A DNA stretch of 64,000 nucleotides from Sphyrna mokarran. Lineage: Eukaryota. The stretch's first letter is position 1, and every line of letters starts with the position of its first letter. Of this stretch, positions 37,021 to 48,587 are shown piece by piece. Below the pieces are notes generated by a model that saw nothing but the letters and a program-made list of their open reading frames with translations, had not been told where the DNA came from and did not search any database. The position numbers and the translations under genes are program-made. The stretch lies in NCBI GenBank assembly GCA_024679065.1, contig JAGIQG010000005.1:58404001-58468000 (forward strand), read 5' to 3'.

Positions 37021-38349
37021 TGACATGTCAGCAGAAGATGGTGTTCTGCTAGCCAGGTCAATGCTAATTGTATCCAAATCGATGCAGGAAAAACTTCTCC
37101 AAAAGATATATGAAGGCCTCATGGGAATAGAGAATGGTAAGTTCAAAAATGTGTACAGGATAGGTATAAGCAAAGACATTGAAAATGCTTAGATGCAACA
37201 TATGCCAGATGTACAGAAACACACAGTAGAAAGAAATAATAGCCAGAGAAGTACCATCCAGTCCAAGGCATATTGTGGGAATCAATTATTATTAACAACA
37301 AATGTTATCTCAAAGTCACAGACTACTATTTAAAATTTCCTTTTATCCAGAAGATAGAAGACTTAAGAGTCACATCAATCATCTCAGGAATATGGCTTGT
37401 GTTTGCTAAGCAAGAAGTTCCTGAAAGATTAATATGCGACAATGGTACTCAGTTCATATCCAAGGAAGTATGGGTTCAACTTTATCACTTCATCACCATA
37501 CTTCACTCAAGGACGCAGGTTTCTTGAAAGACAAATTCAGACAGTCAAAATAATCCTTGTGAAATGCTGAGAAAGAAAGGGAGATCCAAATATTGCCTTA
37601 TTGTCACTCCAATCCACACTTTTCAAAGCTGGCATGAAATTACCTGCAGTGTTGTTAAATGGAAGAAAACATTACAATACTCTGCCAAGCAAAATATATC
37701 CTCCAAATGATCTGGAAGAAGTGAGAAACAACTCATTGAAACACAGGAAAGAGGAGGGCAGCAGTTCAACAAATATCAAATATGCTGAATCCCTACTTGA
37801 GCCATTGAAAGGGCAAAGTGCACATGTAGAGGGTGTATCAATTGTGAAAGCCTGAAGCCCAGCAAAAGTTGTTTTTGAAGCTGAGACACAAAGGTGACAC
37901 ATAATGAATACCAAAACCAGTAAGCAAATGAAAAGAAACAGAATCCATATTTGGCCTAGATCACAGTTGGTAAAACAGAAAAGACCATCAGCAACACCAG
38001 AAACAGTAATATCCAGGGAGACAACATCAACAACATTAGCAACAAATAACAACATTGGCAACAGCGAGCACGCCCCCATAACACAAAGAACAACACACAT
38101 CATCTGTGCAGCATGCCAACTCACCAAGAGCAATGAATGCCAAATCTACAAGACGGAGCTACAATATTTCATCCCCTAAGCAGTACCTGAATAATATTTT
38201 TAGAAAAAATACAGATTATAGAAGGCACTCAGAAGTCTAGGAGGGGTTCAGTTTATTTCCAAAGTTTATCTGTAATCTTTTTTAGTTTAGAAAAAATCAT
38301 GATGAGAATAGTGACATTGATTGGGGCATTAAATTGTAAAGAGGGATGC

Positions 38350-39056
38350 TTCAAGTTTTTAGCTGTCCACATAACCAACAACTTGTCCTGGTTCCTCCTA
38401 TGTGGAAACTATAATTAAGAAAGCCCACCAATGCCTCTACTTTCTCAGAAGACTAAGGAAATTTGTCACGTCAGTTACAACTCTAACCAACTTTTATACA
38501 TACACCATAGAAAGCATTCTTTCTGGTTGTATCACAGCTTGGTATGTCTCCTGCTTTGCCCATCACTGCAAGGAACTACAAAAGATCATGAATGTAGCTC
38601 AACCCATCACTCAAGCCAGCATCCCATCCATTGATTCTGTCTACACTCCTCACTGCCTAGTATGCAGCCAGCATACTAAAGGCTCCATGAACTCTGGATG
38701 TTCCCTCTTTCACCTTCTTCCATTGGGAAAAAAAATACAAAAGTCTGAGGTTATGTATCTACCGACTTAAGAACAGCTTCTCCCCTGCTGCTGTCAGACT
38801 TTTGAATGGACTTATTTTGCATTAAGTTGATCTACACCCTAGCATTCTGCATTCTTTCATTTCGTCCTCTATGAATAGTATATTTTGATTATATACGAGC
38901 AAGAAACAAAACCTATCACTACATGCTAATACACGTGACAATAGGACAGAGGGTCATAAAATTGGTTACATTAGTCAGTGCAACATCGAGGGCCGAAGGG
39001 CATGTACTGCGCTTTAATGTTCTATGTTTTATAATAATAAATCAAGTCAAATCAAA
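38350..39056 (+). mobile_element. Rex1/Babar-type LINE 3' fragment
   Basis: ORF 38402-38770 (IKKAHQCLYFLRRL..TIESILSGCITAWY); tail AATAAATCAAGTCAAATCAAA. Confidence 0.9.
38944..39030 (+). mobile_element. CR1 3'-tail fragment inserted in the Rex1 3' UTR
   Basis: CAACATCGAGGGCCGAAGGGC.TGTACTGCGCT.TAATGTTCTATGTT is the reverse complement of the tail at ~41825-41875. Confidence 0.85.
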
Positions 39057-40939
39057 TGTTATATACTGTATTATCTGTAAATATCTATAAAGAGCTCGGA
39101 AGCAATTAACTGGGAACGAATCATTATGTATAAGTGTTTCAGAGCTACATTTCACAGCTGCACGAAAGACTCATTAACAGAAAACTCATAAACAGAAAAA
39201 GTTCAAACCAATCCTTTTTAGTATTAATATTTTTAAATATTAAACACAAAGAGCTTTTATGTTTCCAACTTAAAGTGTGATTATTACTAGCACCAGGGAT
39301 CCAAGAACATGTAGATTCTCTGGCCTCACTGCTGTGTATTTCTTGTGGCAGGAGGCAACGCAAATTGGTCAGGGATGAAATTTTTTGATCCTCGCACTAC
39401 CAATTGGATGGCAGCGATGCCAATCGGTTGGACCAGAATATCCCACTGGCATGAACAGCCGGTAGCTATTAAGCAAACCTGATAGCTACTCTTCTGATCA
39501 GGAGATGAATGAGAGTGTTAATGTTTTGTTTGGTTCCTTGGCATATAATTGTCAAGATTTCAAAGCAAAGCATTTTTCAATCTTGAACTAGGTGCTAACT
39601 CTTCACTTCTGGAACACCTGAGGCAATGCTAAAGGGGTGGAGACCTGGCATGCTGGGCCTCGGCCCAACTTTTTATCTTTCAAAGCTGGGAAGTCTTGCA
39701 CACTGGAAATTTGGGGTTTGAAATATTTGGTTAATTAATTCTTTTGGTAATATAAAGAAATCTAAACTTTGGACAAAATTTGGAAATATGATTCACCAGT
39801 TGTGCTGTGTTAATATGGTGAGCAGAGCTGTGGAAATAGAGGTGCAAGAATTATGTTTAATTTGGCTGTGATGCACTATGCACACTGTTTCATATCTAAA
39901 TAAGGTTGCTCACTAAGAGTACACTCTCAAATAATTTCTGAAGGAATCAAATTGTGTTAAAATATTTAAATTCACTGAAAGTGCAATATCACCCTTTCTT
40001 GCGAATTAACATTTGACTGCACCTAATCCATGCTGCATCTTTGATGGAGCTTTTAAAGGTTGACAGGATGTCATATGCAATTGAACAAAATATTAGCACC
40101 CTTATGATTAATTTTTTGGGTATTTTTATTAATGCTGTGTGGCTTTCATTTTCTTTTGTTGTGCAGCATTGTTGGAATCAGCTGTTCTACAACCAAAAAT
40201 GAGAAATCAAAAAAAGACCAGTTTTATGAATATAGGTCTGTTTTACCTTAGTTTACATTCTATAAATCTGTGCCTTTGTTTCTTCGTGAAAATACATAGA
40301 GCACTGGCTCTAACCTATGGGATTACATACCAATCAAAGAATGATATTGTAGAATCCTGTATTGTGAATCAATTTCAGAAGATGTGAGATAGCTTTGAAT
40401 CACAACATCGTGGAACTGTGAGTTGCTGGTTTTGTTTCATTGCTGTGGGCAGACTAGCTGGAAAACCAATCAGTTCTGCCAGCGATTCTAAATCAAATTT
40501 CATAATCATGCACAATGCTGTCAAGCCACAATATGTCAGAGCATTACCAATGTGATCACTGCCATGGACATTTCCGATGCTGATAAAATAATAAATGCCT
40601 TGCTTCAGTGGACTCTGGAATGTTAGTCAGGATGCTGAAAGCCGATTATCTTTCTTGAATGTTGCCATCTGATCTGATTTTCTAGCTTAATTGGTGTACC
40701 TGTGAACATGGCTTGCAGGAAATCTGGTAACAGATGCAATTCTTCCCAGTGCTCAGCTTTTGTTTAAAGGTTGTTTTCTGAAACTTGTGTCTGTTGTTGG
40801 ATACAGATCATTCCCCTCAGCCAAAAAAGCTGATCTTAATTTGAGGCAGTGGTGGAACCCTTGTTTTATAGGCCTGGCTTGCACACCTGATTGTCCTGTT
40901 TAATTTTGTGGAATTAAATTGTGGGGGGAGTGCGGCCAA

Positions 40940-41170
40940 CTACTATAGGCCAACATTTATTGCTCATCCCTACTTTCCTTTAAGAAGGTGTTGTTGAATT
41001 ATCTTAATGAATCAGACTCAATGGCTTTCCAGGTTATTTTAGAAGCCAGTTAAGATTTAAAACACATTGATGTGGTTTTGGACTTTTATGTATGCCAGAC
41101 TGGGCAAGGGCAGCAGATTTCCTTCTCTAAACAATTTAGTACACCTGATGGATTTTTACAACAATTCCCA
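40940..41170 (-). mobile_element. SINE family B (tail and body), truncated by a CR1 insertion
   Basis: Tail GGCCAACATTTATTGCTCATCCCTA; body GCAGATTTCCTTC. Confidence 0.7.
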
Positions 41171-42370
41171 GGGGTCAATGTGGAACCCTTTAGTTTTTCT
41201 GATATATATTAATGACTGGAACCTTGGTATGCAGGGCACAATTTCAAAATTGTACATGATACGAAACTTGGAGGCACTGTTAACTATGTAGAGGACAGCA
41301 AAGAACTTCAAAGGGATATAGACAAGTTGGTGGAATGGATGAACAATTGGCAAGTGAAGTTCAATGTGCATCCATGTAAGATGATGAACTTTGGTAGGAA
41401 TGACATGGAGAGACAATATTAAATAAAGAATACAATTCTGAAAAGGGACAGGAATAGGAGGATCTGGATATATTTGTGCATAAGTCATTGAAGGTGTTAG
41501 AACAAGCTGAGAGAGTAGTTAAAGCATCCAATATCTTAGGTTTTATTAACATGACCATAAAAGCAAGGTTGTAAAGTTTAAATTGTCTTTGATATTAGTT
41601 TACCCTTAGCTGGAATATTGCATCCAGATCTGGAAACCACACTTTAGGAAGCATATGAAGTCATGTAGCAAGTCATGCAGAAGAGGTTCATAAGAATGTT
41701 TCCAGGATAGAGGAACTTAATTTATGAAGATAGACTAGAGAACTTAGGACTGTTTTCATTGAAGAGAAAAAGGCTGAGAGGGGATCTCATAGAGGTAATC
41801 GAAATCATAGAACATGGAACAGAGAACATAGAACATTACAGCGCAGTACAGGCCCTTCGGCCCTCGATGTTGCGTCGACCAATGGAACCAATTTTATGAC
41901 CACTAACCAAAACTATTCCAATGCTATCCATGTGCCTATCCACTGACCATTTGAACGCCCTTAAACTTGACGAGTCCACAACTGTTGCTGACAGGGCATT
42001 CCATGCCCTTACTACCTACATGAGGGATCTGAACAGTTGGTAGGGGAAAACTGTTCTCACAAGTGAAAGGATTGCGAATGAGAGTGTACAAATTTAAAGT
42101 AATTGGCAAAAGGTACAAAAATGAAATGAGAAAGATATTTTTCATGCAGTGGGTGATTGGGCTTTTGAATCCACTGCCTGGTGCAGTCAAGTTCAATAGA
42201 GATATTCAAAAGGAACTAGATGGCAACTTAGAAAGGAAGAATGTACAGGGAGGAGGCTGGAAAACTGCAATAGAATAGCTCATTTGGAGAGCCAGTGTGG
42301 TGTGAAGCTTCACACAATGGGCCAAATGGTCTCCTTCTCCTCTGTAAAAACTCTGTAATTCTATGATTCT
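41170..42370 (+). mobile_element. Older CR1 LINE 3' part
   Basis: PQGS...PLVFLIYINDW, LEYCIQIWKPHFRK; tail CTCTGTAATTCTATGATTCT. Confidence 0.88.
41806..42017 (-). mobile_element. Short young-type CR1 3' fragment nested in CR1
   Basis: CATAGAACATTACAGCGCAGTACAGGCCCTTCGGCCCTCGATG; CAT at both junctions. Confidence 0.85.
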
Positions 42371-42484
42371 GCAATATAGTTCAACCAAAAATATGATATG
42401 ATAACTATAACTGGTCTCAGCATTCCTGGTTTGTGGGGGAGGGGATGGGAGTGAGATTGGGCTGAGTTGACATTCTTAATCACT

Positions 42485-42582
42485 GGCCAGAATTCTCTGG
42501 CCTTTCATGTCCCACCACCAATCCCACGAGAATGAATAATTTACAGAATTTAGGCTGCAGACGAGGTCGGAAAATACGACCC
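42485..42582. mobile_element. Short MITE-like element
   Basis: Imperfect inverted termini GGCCAGAATTCTCTGGCCT / AGGTCGGAAAATACGACC. Confidence 0.5.
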
Positions 42583-43381
42583 ATTATCCAGTGTCACGTG
42601 AGGAAAATGTATGTTTCTTGGAGTTAACTGAAGTCAAAGTTAGTTTTGCTTATGATTCCCCAGATGTCATCTAGGTTGTTGATGTTCACCAACCTCATTC
42701 ATGACTGCATTTATACATATTTATTAGCCAGACAAAAAAATAACACAAATGCTAGTTTTTTTTTATAAGCTTCACACTGCCAATTTGGCTTTCTCAGTGA
42801 AGAATCATTATCGTATTTTGAATCTCAATTAATGCTCAATCTTTCATGTAACAATGTGCTTGAAAATCTGATTCAATGTCAAATTTTAAATTGCCGTTTG
42901 AAGTGCAGTTCTGAAGTGACTAAACCTCAAAGAAAACAACAATGCAAATGCAGTAATCAGAGATTTCACAAAAAAAGTAATTATTTTTTTGTAATAATAG
43001 TCAGTCTCTGACAATAGATATACATACTGGCCATTTAATATTCAGAAAAAAATAAAGTTATTACAGTGAAAGCTGAACTTGCTTCATTTTTTCATTTTGG
43101 TTTAGCATTTGTTCTTGAAATCAGTCTTTTCACTATTTTTTAATATACGACTTCTTTCTAAACTTCTTAGCTACAGTTAATGCCACAAACTAGATATATG
43201 GATGTGACAGTTGCAGATAATCAGAATATTTTCAGAATGTTGTAAAACTAAACTATTGAAATTAATCAAATTTTATATTTAATCTTAGATTCAAGTATGT
43301 TATATTTCCATTGCAATAAATGACATTAGTAAAACAATAGATCCCAAAATTTGTATCTTAAAAAGATCTTAAAATTACACC

Positions 43382-43459
43382 AAATTCTTTCCTCCACTTT
43401 TTAACAGAGACCTTAACTTAGTTTAACACCTCTGTTAAAATAGCGAGGGGAAGCAATTT
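43382..43459. repeat. Imperfect palindrome / hairpin (~28-bp arms)
   Basis: Perfect core TTTTAACAGAG (43399-43409) / CTCTGTTAAAA (43430-43440), extending with mismatches to the AAATT/AATTT ends. Confidence 0.8.
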
Positions 43460-45010
43460 CATATAAAATATGTTAAATGACAATGAGCAAATGTGTAATC
43501 TTTGATGTATTCAATATTAGCAAAATGTTTATTTTAATAACTTTTGTATGAAATATTGTGAAATATCAGACAACTGCATGAAGTCTTGTTATATGTCGCA
43601 GCTCACATCAATATAAAACAGGTCACACTTTGTATCAAAGCAGTTGATTAGTAAAATTGAGGTGTGAGGTTACCCAAAAGCAATTTAGCTTATTGAGGTG
43701 AGACTGCTGCATAGATTTTCTTTTTGAAAATCGTGTTAACAGAGATGCACACTTTTAACATAGAGTTTTGCAACATTTGAATGTAGTTGAATAAAATTTT
43801 AGCACTTGCATGCAAACATGCTTGGACAGAGATCAGTTTTTCTTCAATAACAGCTGGCAATGCAATGCAGCTCTGCTGGACTTGCAACACAATGTGCTGA
43901 TGCTTAAATCAAACCTGTATCTGTACTTTAAAGCTACCCATAATAATAAAGCATATCTTCTGATATTTTGTTCTCCTAATGTACTAAATCAGTCAAATAT
44001 CCTGTTTCTTAAACACTTTGAAAATACCATGATTCTACATTTAATTCCTGAGGCAAATATTGAGTTATGATCAAGAAACAGAAAGATGTTGATTCAGTAT
44101 TTGTGGTCAGTGGTGAAGGAACACTGTGTGCCATTCGCTACACTTATTGCTACCCATGGACCTTTTGTGGGTTTTTGGCTTCAGGTGTTTGATTCAGTGT
44201 GCTGCCCTCTGCAGGGGATCTATAAAATGTGTGAGAAGATCAAACAACAGCATGGCTCTTTAATCCAATTGAAGAATCCTCACTCAACTCACCAGAATCT
44301 GAACCAGGAGCTATGAAACTGGAAATATAAATTGGAATACTTAATTCATTGCAAAATCACATACACACATCAAAATAATGAATAGAGGGAACAAAAGATA
44401 GGATTAAAAATATAAAAGATACAGAAGCATAGAAGTAAAAAAAACATTTTTGAAAATATTTTTTAGATCTCTGATAAGAACTGAATTTTGAAACAAAATA
44501 TATTTCACTTGCACTGAATGCACCAACTTTTTTTTGTTCTGGCACATTTATTTGGTAATTCATGGATAAGAACTACAATCTTATGCCTTCACATGGATTT
44601 AAAATGGCAAGTCTTCTGATAAGTTAGCGTGTGGCTTGTGGAGGAATATAGAGAATTAGCTGAAACCTCCCAATTTCCGTGTTTAATTTTGCAAATGCAG
44701 AGTCTGGAAATGGCTGCCCAATCTATTCCATAATAATGGTGGATACAAATAACTTAATTGTTATACTTAACTCAAATCCTGGCCATCATTTAGCAGATGG
44801 CTGTTATCGTAGTTTATGTTAAAGGTAGGGTGTCATTTTTGCTTTCAATGGAGGAATCATTTGAAACTTGTAAAAGGGCACATCAGAATTAATACCACAC
44901 TACCGATAGAAACAAGTAGTCAATTTCATTATTTTAATTATTTAAATTATTCACTCCAGATATAATTTAAGGCTGCTTTGTGGAGATTGCACAGTTGTAA
45001 ATGCAATGAC

Positions 45011-45230
45011 AGGGTTGGCTAGCTCAATTGGCTGGAGTATGTGGCAGGAAAATGCCAATGGCAAGGGTTCAATCCCTGTCCTATCTATGGTAGTTGAAAT
45101 CTTGCTCCCAGACTTGCAGAGTAGTACCCCACAATTATCTCTAACCAACTACCCTGTGGTGATGGTGACATGCCTCAGTTCTGTGTGGGCTATGGCTAAA
45201 TAATTTACCATACTTGCGAGGGCAAGGGAA
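45011..45230 (+). mobile_element. Old tRNA-derived SINE (third family)
   Basis: A-box TAGCTCAATTGG and B-box GGTTCAATCCC without an intact cloverleaf. Confidence 0.55.
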
Positions 45231-45910
45231 ACAAATAGTGTCGCATAAAAGTCAGCAGTTGGACATCTGTGTAAGAATGTAATGGCTTTTACTTGTAGGA
45301 ATACATTTGTAAAATGGTTCATTGATTATTAATTTACCTAATTTAAAGTTGACTGCAGGTCTAATTGAGTATTGATTGAGCTTTATGAAGAAATCATTTT
45401 GACTAATTTATATAATATCATGAATGACGAATCATTTAAAAACCGTTCAGCATTTGGCTAGTACTGTACCCATATTCGAAATACATAAAATATGCTTTGG
45501 TGAGTTTGTTGCTAAAGCTATCCACAGACACAAAAAATACCACATTGACATATCTGTGTGAAGAAATTATCACGGGCAGTCCTGCACTTGATAGGTGCTG
45601 TGTCATCAACTGGGAACTGATCTTCAGATGAACTCCACTGCAGTGAAGATGTTGCCAATGGTTATAAAAGATAGCGCATGGAGCTCTGATTTTCTTATAC
45701 TGATGTGTTTTTCCAACCTTGCCTAGGGGCACCAGCAATATCTTTGTTTCATGTACGTATTTTTTTGCTGTGTTGAATAATTTTGTCATGCCAACAATAA
45801 ATAACCAGCAGAATGAGGAGTCACTTTTTTTTCCATTTTGTATTTTGCATTTTATTTTTAATCCCTCAAAGTTAAGGTATAATTGAGATCCTGCGCTGAC
45901 TTGCCCACAA

Positions 45911-46229
45911 AGGGAGCAGCATAGTGGCACAGTGGTTAGTACTGCTGCCTCACAGCTCCAGGGACCCGGGTTCGATTCCCAGCTTGGATCACTGTCTGTG
46001 TGGAGTCTGCACCTTCTCCCTGTGTCTGCATGGGTTTCCTCCAGGTGTTCTGGTTTCCTCCCACAGTCCAAAAAATATGCTAATTAGGTGCACTGGCCAT
46101 GCTAAATTCTCCCTCAGTGTACCTGAACAGGCACCAGAGTTTGGCGGCTACGGGGTTTTCACAATAATTTCATTGCAGTGTGAATGTAAGCCTACTTGTG
46201 ACATTGATAAATAAGCTTAAAACTTTAAA
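45911..46229 (+). mobile_element. Full-length HE1-like SINE, Rex1-like tail
   Basis: A-box TGGCACAGTGG, B-box GGTTCGATTCC, tail TGTGACATTGATAAATAAG; CACAA on both flanks. Confidence 0.93.
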
Positions 46230-48155
46230 CACAATTTTCTGGCCATGTGAGTTTGTACTCACTCCAGCAAGGTGCAGCTCATTCCTAATGATAAAATTAG
46301 ATCCTACATGTGAACTGCTCCTTTCGGTTAGCAGGCATAGTGTTTTAAGTACATGACATGCTACAATTCCAGGATCATTCCAGTCATAAAGTTGAATGCC
46401 CTTGCTACCATTTAGTCATGAACAGCAGCAAAGCATAGACAAAGAGGCCCCCAGGTTAATTTTAACTCAAGCTCCCATGAGAAACTGGTTATGATGAAAG
46501 TAGCAGGATGTGGATTAGGAATCAAAGGAGGTCATTGAAGCTCAATTTTTTTTTCTTTTGTCTTTTGGCAGGAAGGTGCGAAAGTGCCTCTCCCAGACCC
46601 ATGAGGAAAGATTAGGCTTGTGTGGTATTTTGGCTCCTTTTCTCTCAGGAGACACTTCTAAAATTACCTGTTCGTGAATTAGAACATAAGACTTCACGTT
46701 GCCAGTCGTGTACCTTTCATATATTTACATTCTTGTGCTTCTTTTGCATGTCCTGCCCAATGGTTGCAATATGAGATGATTGGAACCTGGCTCTCATCAA
46801 ATTAGAGTTGTTCCTTCTACCATGCATGATTGTTTTTTTTAAAATCACAAAATTTAGAAGATTGCTATGATTTGGGATTGTCTGTTTTAACTTAAAGTAA
46901 AATGGAGAAATTGAAAAGTCAAGAGACCTGCTCTGAAGTCTTCCCAACAACAAGCGTGGGGGGGGGCTTGGTTGCTAATGGGGCAAATGGAACCCAAGAG
47001 ACAGGTTGATAGATATCAGATGTTTGCATTGGTAGACAATGGCAAGAGTATCTGTACTGACTTTGGGTAAACTAGTACAAAGAATAAAGGACAAAGAGAA
47101 TTACAGTATAGTTTCAGCCTCTTCAGTCCTCCAAGTCTGCATTGACCATGCTGCCCGACTGAACTAAAACCCCCTATCCTTCCGGAGACCATATCCCTCT
47201 TTCCCATCCTATTCATGTAGTTATCAGGACTCCCCTTAGAAGTCACTACTGTTTCCACTTCACTACCTCCTTCGGCAATGAGTTCCACATACCCACAACT
47301 CTCTGCGTAAAAAATCTGCCTCCATTAATCTCCTTTAAACCTTGCCCTTTCACCCTAAACCTGTGCCTCCTAGTAATTGATTCTTCAATCCTGGATAAAA
47401 GCTTCTGACTATCCAACGTGTCCATGCCTCTCATAATCTTGTAGACTTCTATCAGTTTGCCCCACAACCTCCGTCGCTCCAGTGAGAACAAACCATGTTT
47501 CTCCAACTTCTCCTCATAGCTAATGCCCTGCATACCAGGCAACATCCTGGTAAATCTTTTCTATTCCTTCTCTAAAACCTCCACATCTTTCTGGTAGTGT
47601 GGCAACCAGAATTGAACACTATATTCCAAATGAGGCCTAACTAAGTAAGGTTCTATAAAACTGCAACATGACTTGCCAATTTTTAAATTCAATGCCTTGG
47701 CTGATGAAGGCAAGCATGCCATATGTCTTCTTGACTACCTTCTATACCTGCATTGTCACTTTCAGTGGCTTGTATATCTGTACAGCCAGATCTCTTTGCG
47801 ATCAAGGCTCTGAGAATTCTGCCATTTACTGTATATTTTCGATCTGTATTAGACCTCCCAAAATGCATGACCTCAGATTTGTCTGGATTAAACTCCATCT
47901 GCCACCTCTCTGCCCAAGTCTCCAACTGATCTATACCCTGCTGTATCGTTTGATAGTCCTCATTACTGTCTGCAAATCCACCAATCTTTGTATCGTCTGC
48001 AAATTTACTAAGCAATCCAGTTGCATTTTCCTCCAAATCATTTATATATATTACAAACAGAAAGTCCCAGCATTGATCCCTGAGGAATGCCACTTGTCAC
48101 AGTCCTCCATTCAGAATGCACTCTTCCACTGCTACCTTCTGTCTTCTTTGACTGA

Positions 48156-48336
48156 GTAAGAAGTCTCACAATACCAAGTTAAAGTCCAACAGAAGTCTCC
48201 ACTTGCCTGACGAAGGGTCAAAGGCCCGAAAGCTAGTGGCTTTTGCTACCAAATAAACCTATTGGACTTTAACCTGGTGTTGTGAGACTCCTTACTGTGT
48301 TTCCCCCAGTCCAATGCCAGCATCTCCACATCATGA
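48156..48336 (+). mobile_element. 181-bp mini-Penelope (inverted tail + pLTR) with 13-bp TSD
   Basis: TSD CTTCTTTGACTGA at 48143-48155 and 48337-48349; 48156-48192 is the inverted copy of ~48259-48295. Confidence 0.9.
48199..48240 (+). ncRNA. Minimal type-I hammerhead ribozyme motif of the Penelope pLTR
   Basis: CTGACGA (48207-48213), A, stem II GGGTC/GGCCC, GAAA (48228-48231), palindromic AGCT, UA site. Stem I is weak in this copy. Confidence 0.65.
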
Positions 48337-48587
48337 CTTCTTTGACTGAAGCAGTTTTGTATTTACCTTGCCAGGTCACCTCTGATCCCATGTGACTTCA
48401 CCTTCTGCACCAGTCTACCATGAGGGACCTTGTCAAAGGCCTTACTGAAGTCCATGTACCCTCATCAATCATCTCCATGTCACACAGCGCGGTGCAATGA
48501 ATACCATATTTTATTAACAATTATACTTTAAAATGTTTATTTATTTTCAAGTTAGAATGGAAATGGGGATCCAAAGCGTAAAAAAAA

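Larger units (their letters stand above)
29400..38300 (+). mobile_element. Decayed near-full-length Ty3/Gypsy internal region (gag-PR-RT-RH-IN) carrying multiple nested insertions
   Basis: gag LLWAG..LFNSW (~29500), C....HWRKVC knuckle (~31440-31472), protease AEIDTRAQSN (~31675), RT FSELYARNGYW (~32460), RH KPIAFISKAL..GCEKFHAYLYG (~35175-35300), IN TDYY..FP, ICDNGTQF, ERQIQTVK (37310-37550). Confidence 0.88.
47076..48475 (-). mobile_element. CR1 LINE (same subfamily as 26525), interrupted by a mini-Penelope
   Basis: ORFs 47689-48093 (SKFADDTKIGG) and 47246-47545; resumes after 48349 (MDFSKAFDKVPHGRL). Confidence 0.92.

Noticed and set aside
38335-39120. Possible PPT/3' LTR junction of the 29400 Gypsy, split by Rex1
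   Set aside because: AAAGAGGGA-TG could equally be a CR1 remnant, and no matching 5' LTR was found.
40545-40680. Possible C/D-box snoRNA (several CTGA motifs)
   Set aside because: No proper RTGATGA C box or terminal stem.
45011-45085. Possible tRNA gene
   Set aside because: A and B boxes are present but no consistent cloverleaf; SINE head. The same applies to all HE1 and family-B heads.
45436-46071. 211-aa minus-strand ORF
   Set aside because: Starts inside an antisense HE1 SINE and runs into AT-rich sequence with no domain; chance ORF.
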